Shown: piece after piece, positions 1 to 12,379 of the stretch
How positions within the stretch are numbered: position 1 is the stretch's first letter
Layout: each line of letters begins with the position of its first letter
Origin: Oopsacas minuta
Taxonomy: Eukaryota > Animalia > Porifera
Direction: 5' to 3'
NCBI GenBank assembly: GCA_024704765.1
Contig: JAKMXF010000255.1
Coordinates: 310,001 to 374,000, forward strand
Length of the DNA stretch: 64,000 nucleotides
Notes under the pieces: model-generated
Databases searched by the model: none
What the model was told of the DNA's origin: nothing
What the model saw: only the letters and a program-made list of their open reading frames with translations
Made by a program: the position numbers and the translations under genes

Positions 1-683
1 ATGGGTTTCAGATAGCAATGGAGAATGTACACTCAGAAATGTATTCCCTATTGATAGATACTTATATCCGTGATTCAGAGGAGAGACACAAACTTTTTCA
101 TGCTATAGATACACTGCCATGTGTCAAGATGAAGGCAGATTGGGCACTGCAATGGATTGGATCTGAAAAGGCGACAATAGCCGAGAGGATTGTAGCATTC
201 TCAGCAGTAGAGGGGATATTCTTCTCGGGAAGTTTCGCGGCGATATTTTGGCTAAAAAAGCGCGGACTCATGCATGGACTAACCTTCTCTAACGAGCTAA
301 TAAGTAGAGACGAGGGGCTACACACAGATTTTGCTTGTCTCATCTACAGTCATCTCAAGAACAAGCCAACTGCTGAGCAAGTCCTAGAGATTATCAGAGA
401 TGCAGTGAACATAGAAATTTCGTTTCTAACGGATGCTCTACCGGTACGATTGATCGGAATTAACGCAGTATTAATGGGGGAATATATAAAATTCGTAGCT
501 GACCGTCTACTAGTTGCTCTCGGTTATGAAAAGAATTACAAAGTAAAGAATCCATTCGATTTTATGGAAAACATTTCGCTACAAGGAAAGACTAATTTCT
601 TCGAGAAGAGAGTGGGAGAGTACCAGAAAGCTGGAGTTATGAAGAGAGAGGAACGTGTATTCAATACAGATGCAGAGTTTTAA
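1..683 (+). CDS. RRM2: Ribonucleotide reductase small subunit (R2), 5'-partial; the frame is open from the window start
   Basis: (Y)[35 protein letters not shown] and [11 protein letters not shown] iron-ligand/class Ia R2 motifs; C-terminus FNTDAEF. Confidence 0.97.
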   Translation, partial: GFQIAMENVHSEMYSLLIDTYIRDSEERHKLFHAIDTLPCVKMKADWALQWIGSEKATIAERIVAFSAVEGIFFSGSFAAIFWLKKRGLMHGLTFSNELISRDEGLHTDFACLIYSHLKNKPTAEQVLEIIRDAVNIEISFLTDALPVRLIGINAVLMGEYIKFVADRLLVALGYEKNYKVKNPFDFMENISLQGKTNFFEKRVGEYQKAGVMKREERVFNTDAEF

Positions 684-1271
684 TTTAAAGTTATCAGGAG
701 CATTATTGGATTCTATTAGTTATCACTTATTAGTAGCAGGACTTGTTAGCTTAATTTCATCAATTTACTTAATTACTTTGATTGGTTATTAAACTTATAG
801 TTGCAAACAGCTGAGCTCAAATAACACGTAGTCAGTTAGGGTGAGGAGAATAACTGAAGTGAAAACTCTTATTGTATCGATAATAAGTACGTTGGCAGAT
901 TGAGGCCATGGGGTAATCCCTTAGCTGGCCGTTAAACCAATTTCGCTCAAGTATTATTCGAGTTTACCAACTACACAAAAACATTACTACAATATAGGAT
1001 AATGAATTGAGAGCGTAATGGTGAGGGCAATTATAACGAAAATCGGTACAATTACTTCCAATTACAAATTCGAAAAGTATAGGAATATTACGTAAGAATA
1101 AATAGCTGATTAAAGTAACAAATTATTTATACAACAAAAATATTTACATGTAAAAACAATACATAGAGAGTTAGAAGACAGTGTAAATTAAAATAAGAAA
1201 ATATTCAATCTATAAGAATTAGTATAAAATGATATAAAATCTCTGATGATATCTCTATTAGATATCTGTAA

Positions 1272-4200
1272 CTATTTCGCTCCACTGTCAGTATTCTCAA
1301 TAGCTATCACTGGCTCATCTTTACCAATAGCACATTCTTGTAAAAAATCGCGAAGTGCTGGAGTTTGTTCACATAGCTCCTTTACAGTCAAGCCGTCGGA
1401 ATTGGTAATATCTACAGAAGCTTTTGAGGCTAGTAAAGTGGATGCTATATCAAGACGTTTATTGATAAGTGCTAGGTATAAAGGTGTATCCCCACTGTGT
1501 GTAGTGACATCAATATCAATATATTTAGCGTGTTTTGATAGGAGATATGAGCAGAGAGATGGCTTGTTGTTAATAACAGCGTAATGTAATAGAGTATTGC
1601 CTTCTAATTCTTCTTTTATACTCAAATCAGCTCCACCTTGTAACAGAAGATCACAGCACCGAAACGCATTTTCAGACTCTGATAGTAGATGTATTGGAGC
1701 CTTGCCTTCAAAGTTAAACACATCAGGACAAAGGTCAAACGACATCTTCGAGTCCTTATTGAAATCAGTTACGTAATTAATTAGGTATAATAGACATTCA
1801 GTATGACCTCGACTGGCTGCCAGATGGAAACTTGTATTTCCATTAACATCAAATTTGAATGGATCAGCTCCTGCATCAAGCAGATCTCGTACTGCCTCTG
1901 AATAGTTGAGAGAAACCGCGATATGTAGTGGAGTATGTCTGTAGCAGTTAGACATATTAACCACTATAGGTGCGTGTTTTCTATATACACGTAATAGATT
2001 CAGCATAACCTTTAGAGCAGCTATTTGCTCGGATACAAGAGCTGTGTGTAGTAGAGTATCACTTTGTGTATGCTCATGTATATAGAAGTAGGGGAGTAGA
2101 GGCTCTAATAGGGTTCTGACGTCACCGGTAACTGCGTATCTCTGGGCAGTTTGATACTGTCTATTCATTATACGCTTAGCTGTTTTACTAATGTCTTTCG
2201 CTATGTGTATAGGATTTCTACCGTTAGCTAGAGGTTTTTGTTCAGTTTCTGGGGTATCAGTATTATTTGTAGAATTTTCTGGAAGTTTTTTCTCCAGAGC
2301 AGCAGGAGTAGGAGCTGCAGGTCCGTCTCTCTCTGTGACGTCATTTCTCGCTCCGTCAGTCTCAGTAAATTGTCTATAATCTTCGGTCATAGTGAATATA
2401 TTGAAATCTAGATTATCAGCTTCAGAGCCTAGAGCTTGTATATTGAGTAGGTCAGGCATGCTACTATACAAAGCATCAGATTCTGATACTATTAAGTTGG
2501 TAGTCATATTATTATGATCTGTCTGTGACATGTAATTATCATTTATAGGAAGAGTTATTAGCTGTTGAAAAGCAGGGTCAAAGGTAGCTTGTTGGTAGTT
2601 ATTGACTTGTACTCCTGGTGATTTATTGACGATATATGGACTCTCTGACATACGTTTACGTTTGTTACCGATATAGCCTTTCGTCATTTCATCGGGGAGA
2701 TATCTGAATGTAATAGCATTACTTTCTTCCGCGGTAGTAGGCTTCCGTAGCTTAATACAGCAGCCTATGGATTCACTAGTTGAGGGTCCATTGTAGCTGG
2801 GGGTAGTGAACACGATAGCAACCTACAATAATAGAGTAGATTATATGAGAATATATGCTTAGTTGATAAGTAAAGGGAAATGAAATACAATCAACTCCCA
2901 TTATATCGAAGCTAATTACTTCGATATCACTGATGAAATATGTTCCTTGACGGTTTGAGACCATATTGGCACAATTTACTTGGATATACACGGATATTTC
3001 GACATATCCGTGTTCGATTCAGATTTAACGGGGATTGACTGAAGGTCAAAGGTCAAATAACATTTCCCATAAATGACAGTATGCATTAATCTGGTTATCC
3101 TTGGTTAGAGTACTAACCTGGTGATGCACTTCTGAAGGTTGAAATTCTCCCTTTCCAGTCCATACAATCACTCCATCCTTCTCCTCCTCAAATACAACCT
3201 CTATATCATCTCTTGACACCTTGTCACATAGCAGATACACACTGTCATGACCTTTGACAGATCCTACACACTTATCAATCTTACATATCTTCAGGGAGGG
3301 ACAGTTCTTGGTGTCAGTTATGGGACATGAGAAAGTTGGTCCAATCTCATGCATGGGTTGTCCCTGTTGGTCGCATAAATACCCTCTGAAACAGAGTCTT
3401 ACTGTAGTTAGAGGTTGCTGTTGATCACAAGCTTTTGTAGCTCTGTCTTTTAATGCCTTCCTATCCTCTGGTCTCAATCGTTTGAACAGAACAGCACCGT
3501 AACTCTTCTGTGATTCATCATGATCATCATCTCCCTATAAATAATGACGTCATAATAATAATACAGTCAACTCTCTCGTTATATTGAAGCTCAAGGGACC
3601 GCGATAACTACTTCAATGTATGCGAAATTCGATATAACCCGATGAAATACAATACATGATACTTTGATACTTTGATGGTTTGGGACCCTATTTAAAAAAT
3701 TTCAGATTTCAATATAAGCTGCGGGTATTTTGCTTTAACAGGAGTTGATTGTAGTTAGCAGTTAACTTACAGGAGTAGGATTTCTTTTGCTATGTGCATC
3801 ACTACTCTGTATGTATGCGTGTATTCCGTGTGCTTTTATGAACCATTCTACTGCATACTTGTGTTGTAGTGCTGTCATTACTTCTTGCTTCTTTACATGA
3901 AGTATACTCAGATCTTTCAATCTAACTTCAACTCCCTGTGTGGTTCCATCTCGTATAACACTGACAAATAATCCGTTCTGTACACCTTTCCCTGTCAAAC
4001 TGAATGGATGTGGTTCATCTGATTTAGGAGGGACCAGACTGGCTACAACCACCACATGTCCGAAGTAATTCTCCACACTAACTGATGGATATGACTTACG
4101 GCCTTTCTCAGATTTGGCACCGAGTAGAGCACCATGAGAACTTCCCTCACAGCTGTACCTAAATCTGAATGCACTTTTAGGTTGTTCATTTATCTCTAAT

Positions 4201-4562
4201 ACAGGATGACTATTCTTCATCATAACTACTGGGTTTTCTTTCATAGGAGTCACATTGTATCGGATTATGGGGGGCTCCATTGGATCGGGCATATCGGAGT
4301 GTCCCGTAGAGTGACTACCTGGCACAACCTGGTCTCGAGAAAGAGGATTGCTGTTAGGTGCGGGGCTTGGAGCGTAATAGGGTTGAGGTTGATACTCCTG
4401 TTGTGACTGTGGAAATTGCTGTTGATATGAAATTATATCGCAGTTAGGATTATTATTCATATAGATAGTAGTATTAGGCTGTTGTTGAGGGTAATTAGGA
4501 CTCACTCCTTGATATTGATGTGTCAGGAATACCTGAGCCTGAGGTTGGTTGTAATGAGACAT
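1272..4562 (-). CDS. NFKB: NF-kappaB p105/p100-like precursor (RHD + IPT + NLS + ankyrin repeats), about 919 aa; exons 4562-3771, 3534-3118, 2822-1272
   Basis: FRFRYSCEGSSHG DNA-binding loop, LCDKVSRDDIEV, VHHQ|VAIVFTTP across a splice junction, NLS NKRKR, repeated TPLH/TxLH ankyrin motifs; GT-AG junctions keep the frame. Confidence 0.95.
2886..3043. mobile_element. Tc1/pogo-type MITE family A, NF-kB intron 2
   Basis: TA-CAATCAACTCCC..TTATATCGAAG left end with a matching degenerate right end. Confidence 0.7.
3562..3753. mobile_element. MITE family A, NF-kB intron 1
   Basis: TACAGTCAACTC ... GGAGTTGATTGTA terminal inverted repeats with TA flanks. Confidence 0.8.
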
Positions 4563-4602
4563 TGGTGGATTAATTAAAGTTTGTTTTTCCAATCAGAAAT
4601 TT

Positions 4603-4612
4603 CTTTTATATA
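4603..4612 (-). promoter_or_regulatory. TATA-box-like TATATAAAAG about 40 nt upstream of the NF-kB ATG
   Basis: Matches TATAWAAR; the same decamer precedes the GPCR. Confidence 0.45.
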
Positions 4613-5610
4613 GAATTTATTTTTACAGATGATTCATTATATTGCAAAGCTATAAGGGAAATATTCTCAACGTATTAATCATACCAGTTTCAATACATAA
4701 AGTATGGCGCAACCAATTTGCAGTTATAGCATACCAGCTTTCATATAGAAGAATTTATGTAAGCATTTCTAATTTGAGTGAAAATAATATGACAGTAAAC
4801 AAAGGGGAAATGTCAATAAATGATGTAATATATTTGTTTAGAATATTATACAAACGGAAAAATCCTATCTTACTAAACATTAATCATAAAATCAATTCAA
4901 TCACTCTAAACAAATTACTTCATAAATAATTAATTGATTAGCACAACTTGCAAATTACTTATCCGAACAATTTCAGTTTGGCTGTAGGTATAATCATACA
5001 CTGACACTCCATTTCTAAGATTTAACAGTTCGATTGCAGATCAGAGGTTATTTCCTTACTTTTCCTTGGTAGGACAGAGATAAAATTTCAAAATTATGAT
5101 TCAATCATTGCGACGTTATTGCATGACTCTTATTGTAACAGATTATTAAATTGGAAAATACATTGGATAAAGTGGATTACTTTTAGAATTTTAAGCGGGG
5201 TCTCAGCAATCAGAGGCTGCAAGTAGTTTCAAAATCGAAAGTTCGATTCCATTATAAGAACACCGGATATAAGCACCATCCTCTGGAAATCTGTTCTCAA
5301 ATATTCCAGCATATTTATACCGGATATAAGAACATATTTTGTTACTCCCCGATCCCCTCCATAATTAGATATATTCGGAAAAGAAATAAATTACTTATCA
5401 GAGGATAGAACTCACAAGAATTGCAGAAAATGCGTACATAACAATTAAGTATAGTTACTACCATGTGTGTATAAATACGTGTATATACAATTCGATAGTG
5501 TCACATAAAAAGCAAAACAAAAGTTACAATAATTCATAAAAACATTAGGTATGTACTGAACCTATATGTAGCCATATTTACATAAGCAGGGGAGAGAGGT
5601 GTTAACTATT

Positions 5611-7577
5611 TCAAAGGACACAATCTTTCTTGATAAATTTCTCAATCGCATCAGCCCAAGCTTGTGCTCCGTTACTAAGATCTTCTAGATAGTATGTACG
5701 TGAGGGGGTGTGTATGAAGAAAGTACGTGGGTTTTTAACTTCAACATTGAGTGCAGTTGACCATGGAATTTCTCCTTTCATCTCGTTACCCACAGGGTCA
5801 ATATAGACCAACCTCGGGGTGTCAGTAAGGACTAATTGACGCTTTTTCGCGAATAAACCCTTTCGCTTTTCGATTTGACCGTCTTTTACTATTATTTCTG
5901 TCGGTGTATATCTACAAAAAAGAATGTATCAAACACTGTATATTTAATTAGAATCAGCAATACATTCATTATTATGTGATTACAAATATTACTATCAATT
6001 AATCTATGAGATAATTCTGTAATCTGTAATCGTCCGTGTAAGCGAATAAACAACTAGGTATAGTACGTGTGTATAATTATGCAACTAATCAGGGATTGCT
6101 AACTTATGCCATGGATTAGAGGCTGCTTGTTTGTCCAGCTGTTCCTTCTTCTCAGGTGTAATCTCTTCACAATCACTAACACTTCCTAAACACATATTCA
6201 GTGAATCCATCTGTAGTTTCATTTCTATATCCGCTTCAGACCTAGAATATCTATTAGCTCCCTTGATGTTAGCTTTACCCTCACTCGTCATAGGGAGGTA
6301 AGGCTGGATTAAAGGAGGTTCCATTTTGTGTAGTTGCTCCCAATTAATACCTATAAACAAATTGAAAATTTTTACGTCCCAAAATCTTAATTTTAATACA
6401 AATCATATGAGAAAGATTTTATAGGGGCAATTGGCTTGGTTCACAATAAACCATTGTATATGTATGCTGTAGACTCACCTTGATAGAAATCATGCATTTT
6501 GAGAGGTTCATATCCTCCAAAGTTCTCTGATCCTAATCTCTTAGTAGGATCTAGTACCAATAATTTTGTAACTAGATCAGATCCCTTCTCAGGAAATCCT
6601 CCAGGTATATTAAGATCAAGTTTTGTAATCCTCTGGAAGACTAGGTATTCTGTAGTAGCATGGAAAGGAGGCTTACCTGCTAACAGCTGATACACGATAC
6701 AGCCCAGTGCCCATATATCCGAGGCTTTACATGCTGATTTAGCTGTTAATAACTCAGGACTAACATACTCAGCAGTGCCTACGAATGAATTAGCTTTACA
6801 GTCCTTCTGACCTGAAAATATGTACAATGAATACACTCAATATAATTATTACGTAATAGTTTATTAATTGCTTATATCTCAATCCTTACCTTCATCTAAA
6901 ATTTTAGCTGTCCCAAAATCAGTTATAAGAATATGCATGTCAGCTCCTAGCAGTATATTCTCCGGTTTAAGATCCCTGTGTATCATCCCTAGGGAATGCA
7001 TGTATTCTAGAGCTACTACAATTTCTGCTGAATAGAACTGTGTAGCTAGTATGTCAAAACATCCTACTCTCTTTATGTAGTGTAAGAGTTCGCCCTTCTT
7101 TGCATAAGTAAGACCAAAGTACAGACGTTCCTTATCTTGAAAAGTGAAGAATAATCGAACGAAGAAAGGGTGGTCGAGTTTTTGTAAAACCTAAATATTA
7201 ATTGTCTTAAATAATTGAAATAAAAATTCGCATACAAATCTAACTTCTTTCTCTCTAGTGACTGTTGGCACTTTCTTGTACTTTATAATGTGTGACTTTT
7301 CGAGTATTTTGATAGCAAATTCTTTACCTGAACACTTCTCTTGTGCTAGAACAACCTCAGAATAAGAACCTGATCCTATTATTTTACCGAAATGAAAGTC
7401 TCCTGGTTTCTTCTTGGTAGCAATTGTATTAGATTGTTCCGATGTCTCTATAGCTTCTCCTGTCTCAGGATTAGCTGTAGCTTGTTGTACTGGTATATTA
7501 TCACCATTAGGATACTCTTGTTCTGGCGATAAAGGAGCTGTTTTAGATTTTACAGTCTCAATATCTGCTTCACTCAT
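5611..7577 (-). CDS. PDPK1: 3-phosphoinositide-dependent protein kinase 1; exons 7577-7245, 7190-6890, 6811-6479, 6350-6104, 5911-5611
   Basis: GSGSYSEV, HRDLKPENIL, DFG, ANSFVGTAEYVSPELL, C-terminal PH domain (KRKGLFAKKRQLVLTDTPRLVYIDP). Confidence 0.96.
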
Positions 7578-7681
7578 GGTTTGTAGATAACTACAATAAT
7601 TAATCCTATATTTTAGTTACCTTCGAATTTCAATCAAAAGCATAATAAATCTGATTTATTATATTAGAATCTAATTAGGTT

Positions 7682-7811
7682 ATAACCTCCACTAACGGGA
7701 TGCCAGGGACGCCAAAAATGAACCTGTTTGTGGAGGTTCATTCATATGGGACTAGGAATTCTGCTATTTTATCATTCTGTTTCCAGAAGTATCCCGTTGG
7801 CGGAGGTTACA
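7682..7811. mobile_element. MITE family B (AACCTCCAC..GGG TIR)
   Basis: TAACCTCCACTAACGGGAT ... ATCCCGTTGGCGGAGGTTA inverted repeat; related to the copies at 43688 and 52966. Confidence 0.6.
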
Positions 7812-8279
7812 CTCTTAATTTAAAATATCAAAATTCGTCATTCCATTGAAGCGTTACCCATAATTTTTACAGATGTATCTCCTTCAAACATATGATTTCT
7901 GCTTAAAACCAATATTGCATGAATGTCTCTTAAATTATACAAATCAGTAAACCTGAAAAAACCCAATATTTATAACCTCAAATATCCCGTTTGTAAAATT
8001 TTTTGTATTGAATTGTAATACAACATATGTACCTATACACATCTCATGGTATCATTGAGGACAACACAATACAATAAGAATCTATAGCATGATACATAAC
8101 AATACAGTGGCGTTTTACAAGATACCATAATTCAGTATATGGAATAGACATAGAAACAACATTAATACAGTACTGTGTGCTATATGGACGATGGGTTGAG
8201 AGAGAAAGAGAAGTGCTGACATGGATCACATTAAAAACAATATCATTTGAGTTTGTACATTCAAAGTAAAGCCCCCGCA

Positions 8280-9848
8280 CTATAGGTTATCCTGACTCTG
8301 TCTCACACACTTACGGACATGTCTCTTAAATTCTGCTGGAGAATCTCGTACTTCTTTCTAAAACACAAAACATAATATTTGTAAGGCAAATATACTAATT
8401 ATCATATTGTCAATTCATATTACAAATATTCAAAAATCAATTCAGTAGTGTGTAATTAGCATTAAGATATTATTCAATATCTGTATTAATGTTATGGAAA
8501 TATGAGTAATTAACTAAATGCTGTTCAGTAAACGGCCGTTCTAGCGAAGCTCAATGTGTCACGGCAATGAAACCAATATAACTGATTAAAATTTATGTCA
8601 CTTCGAAGTTTGGGACAATATTTGTACAATTATTCAGAATTCGAGATGAGCGGGCATTTAGATTTATCCGTGTTCGATACAACGGGAGTTCGTTGTGTTA
8701 AATTAAGCAATTCCCATTTCAAGTGACCTTCATATTCACGTCGATGTAAACAGAGTTCTAGAATATTCTAAATATAAATATAAATACAGTATGGCTTAAT
8801 AGAGCCCCGGCTAATCTGGAGAAAATGGTCTGGTCCTGATTTGACTCTAATAAGCGGAGTCTACTGTATATATAAGAAGGGCTTGGGCCTTCAAATTAAA
8901 GCATATTTTTAAATTCCCGATTCTGAACTTACAGCAGCTACAATGTTAGCAGCTGATTCCGGATTGGGGTCTGAGAGCATAGAAATTACAGATAAAACTA
9001 CAGATTCCACTGTATGGACAGGAGACCATCTTTCTGAAGCTTTCTCATATCCAAACTTATCTTCTCCAGGTTCATGTAGTATAGAAATACAGACTTCTCC
9101 ATCTGCATAGACTATAGAGATTTATCATAACAAATGGTTCTGTAACACAAATTACAAATTGAATTAACTAACCATTAGGATGCCATATGTTAGAGATAAA
9201 TTTCATCTTTGGTGGTTTGAGGGGAAATTCTTTTGGGAAATTTAAGTGCGCTTTAAAAAAGCCTCCTTCACTGAGATTAGTTTAGGAATACAGCAAAAGG
9301 TATATAGTAGGCACAGTAATATCTAAGCTCAAAGGAACCGCGATGATTACTTCGATTATATGCGGAGTTCCGAGTTCGATGTAACAGATGGAATTTATGT
9401 TACCTTGACGATTTGGGACCATATTTGTACAATTACAGACTTTGATACAAGCTTTCGATAGATGCGTGATCGAGTTGACTGTAGTTTTACTCATGGACTA
9501 GGGATAATAGTGTAAATTGTTCTAACAACAATTCTAACGGGTCAACTGATCAGAAAGTGTCCTATATACAAAGTTAATAAATCAAATACAAGTCAGGAGC
9601 GATATTTAAGTTAATCTCAGCGGTCTAAAAAGGATACTATAGTGTGTCTGGAGGTCCAACTATCAGTACTTCCCACACAAACAGATTATTATCATCCACT
9701 AGTCCAGCAGAGAATCCGTCTACAGAGCTTCTCTGGAGATCTATAATAATATCATAACACAAATCTCCTATATAATGTTAATACAATACTCACCTGCTAG
9801 CTGTTTCTTCAAGAGGAGAGCTCCTTGATCTAAACCTTTACTAGCCAT
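8280..9848 (-). CDS. UBE2G1: Ubiquitin-conjugating enzyme E2 G1-like; exons 9848-9794, 9740-9638, 9270-9173, 9111-8933, 8357-8280
   Basis: Manual splicing gives [76 protein letters not shown], with the active-site Cys and the acidic loop; absent from the ORF track because the exons are short. Confidence 0.93.
8524..8696. mobile_element. MITE family A (degenerate), UBE2G1 intron 4
   Basis: Shares GAAGCTCAA, TTTGGGAC-ATATTTGTACAATT and CCGTGTTCGATACAACGGGAGTT blocks. Confidence 0.65.
8785..8868. mobile_element. Short TA-CAGT MITE, UBE2G1 intron 4
   Basis: TACAGTA ... TACTGTA ends. Confidence 0.5.
9289..9483. mobile_element. MITE family A, UBE2G1 intron 2
   Basis: AAGCTCAAAGGAACCGCGAT core; GAGTTGACTGTA right TIR. 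Confidence 0.7.
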
Positions 9849-10003
9849 TGCACCAGGAATACAAATAAAGCTAATCACAAATTATACATATAATAATCAC
9901 AAATACAAAATTATTTGTATTAATACACGTATATTAAATGAATTGTCAGAATTATTTTGGGAGTTCCATTGGTTGATAAATAGAAATAATATTTGTGTCT
10001 TAA

Positions 10004-10145
10004 CCGATTACGGCCGAAGTGTTACATTCGTAACGAAAAGGACTATTATAATTTACCACTTCGTTTTAACCAATTCCCGAACCCAAATCGAGATTTTAGC
10101 ACCTTTTCGAGGTCATAAATCACACATTTTCCCGGTCGTATTCGG
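10004..10145. mobile_element. TTAA-flanked (piggyBac-like) miniature element
   Basis: TTAA|CCGATTACGGCCG ... CGGTCGTATTCGG|TTAA; a partial second copy lies at 30243-30321. Confidence 0.65.
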
Positions 10146-10353
10146 TTAATTAACACACGATAAGTGGTCTAACGATTTATCTAGAAATTGTCAAAGGGGG
10201 GAAAAGGTTATCAGGAAATGATTTCTGGAATTTAGGGAATAATATGTCAACAAAACTCCCATCAGACATATACTCAATGCATATGTCACAGAAGAAATTG
10301 AGATTTCGACTAGCTGTAAATGAGAATTCACGGATTATCAATTTCAAAATATA

Positions 10354-10511
10354 CACAGTCAACGCCCGTTATATCGAACATGGATATAGGGAAATACCTG
10401 CTTATATGGAAGTCCCCAAACCGTCAACTTAACATAACTTTTATGTGTATTTTGAATTCTTATCGAAGTATCGCGGTCTCTTGAGCTTCGATATAACGGG
10501 AGTTAACTTTA
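10354..10511. mobile_element. MITE family A, reverse orientation, UBE2G1-CHMP4 spacer
   Basis: CAGTCAACGCCCGTTATATCGAA ... TTCGATATAACGGGAGTTAAC TIRs. Confidence 0.75.
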
Positions 10512-10753
10512 CATAGCTATTCCTTATCCAGGAGTATTCCCAGTTGAATAAATAGATTAGCAAATTAACGATAGCCTCTGATAATGCTGTTTATAAGCAA
10601 TAAGAATATCCACAACAAGAATACATAGCAAGTAACAAGATAGGAGTATCACAAAGTCTCATAAAACAGAATATTATTGTATTGTGAGAAAACTCAGTAT
10701 AGATTTATATTAAATAGACAGACACAAGTTCACTGATGTTCTTTCCCTCAGTG

Positions 10754-12191
10754 TTATGAAGCCCAGTCAGCCAGGGCAGCTAGATCTCCATCATCTCCTC
10801 CAGCTGGTATCTTGGATTTCACTTTGGGTAGTGGTTTGGCTAAATAAAAGTAGTAACATTCAAATGGTATACAGTGATATGGTACTATAAATAGAAATTT
10901 ATCTTTGAAAAATAGTCTTATCCTGAAATTGTGGAATAATTGAATTCGTTCATTATTTTACCGCGGATTAGTGTCAGGATTGCTCCTGGAAGTTGATTAG
11001 GTGTTTTCACTACCTCCTGATTATACGATTGGGTCTTAGTATCAAAATGTAAAATTCTATGAAATATTGGACCTATAAGCGGACCCTGAACCAGTTTTTC
11101 AACCGGACCAAAATTCCATGACAGCTCGATTATTGCATTATTCATTGCTTCTCAATAATTTCACAAATACACAGGTTTCATCCATGGTCGTGGACGTGTT
11201 CATCTAATTACAATTGACTTACCTTCATCTAATTTGGGTACTTCTGGTAGAGCTGATGTATCTACAGTCAGTAAGTTCTCTTCTAGCTCTTCATTTAACA
11301 AGTCATCTAGTTCTGCATTCAACTCATCCTAAACAAACAATAATAATAATAATAATACCATATCGTAAACAAGTTATTTATAACAACAAATACTTACTTC
11401 ATCAATATCGTTACCAAATCCTACAGGATTAGATATACACTCTGATATCTCCTGAGCTAGCTGAGTCTGTTCATCTATGTCATCCATCATTTCATGGATA
11501 TCATCTACATCTCTATAAGATTCATACTTAAATTCAAACATGTATTTTGATATTTGCGTACAAATATCTCTATGGATATTCTAAACCAGCGCTCCCAACC
11601 TTTTTCACCCATGGTAGACCCTAATCGTACCAATTTTAACACATTCTGTGGTCCCTCCCAATCCCAGAGAGTGTAACACAAATTCTGAGATCCGGTGGGG
11701 AACCACTGGGCTAAATATATTAATGAATAGCAGAGTAACATTATATTCAGCTTACAATTGTTTGTGCGCGTTTTTCAGAGCATCAGCAGCAAATTTCATG
11801 TTCTTCAAAACCTCAGTATTAGTGTTTGCATTCTCTAGAGCTTCTCTCTGGAACTCTATCGTAGAGAGAGTACCGTCTATCTGAGTAAGTTGTTTCTCCA
11901 GTCTCTTCTTACGTTTTAGAGCTTGAATAGCTCCTACACACAATTAATGTATTAAAAATCTTAGAATTAGCACTAAGCATAGTTAATTGTACGTATGTAT
12001 ATTGAATTACCTCGCTTATTCTTTGTACCGTGTTTCCTAGCAATAGCAACCTCCTCGTTAATCTTCTTCTCAAGAAATGCAGATTTCTTCTCTAACATCT
12101 CTTCTGTAGATCTGAGCTTAGTAATAGCGTCTTCACTGGTCGGAGCAGAGCCCTTCTTTGAGCCGAATATTTTAGCCAAAGCAGAAGTCAT
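10754..12191 (-). CDS. CHMP4: ESCRT-III Snf7/CHMP4; exons 12191-12011, 11933-11756, 11512-11398, 11328-11223, 10839-10754
   Basis: ALKRKKRLEKQLTQIDGTLSTIEFQREALENANTNTEVLKNM and C-terminal DLAALADWAS (ALIX-binding-type helix). Confidence 0.94.
11587..11708. mobile_element. hAT-type MITE, CHMP4 intron 2
   Basis: CAGCGCTCCCAACC ... GGGGAACCACTG ends; degraded 8-bp flanks (ttctaaac/ggctaaat). Confidence 0.5.
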
Positions 12192-12379
12192 TTTAATATT
12201 CACTAATATTATTTAAAATAAGCTGTATAACTTCAATTTATAAATGTAATATGATTAGCTATAAGGTTCTATAAATAAGTTTCTACTATGTCAGTTTATG
12301 ACATCAATAGAAAGCAGAAAATACACAAGTTCTATGATGAAATAGCTAGTCAGGGTCCAAATCTAAAAATAGAAATTAA

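Noticed and set aside
4640-4870. Autoregulatory kappaB sites upstream of NF-kB (GGGAAATATT, GGAAAAATCC)
   Set aside because: They do not satisfy the GGGRNWYYCC consensus.
8701-8760. Alternative last exon of UBE2G1
   Set aside because: The in-phase translation is unconserved, and the exon at 8357-8280 gives the expected [22 protein letters not shown] ending.
10918-11200. Coding or mobile element in CHMP4 intron 4
   Set aside because: It is probably an insertion, but I could not define TIRs, a TSD or a meaningful ORF.
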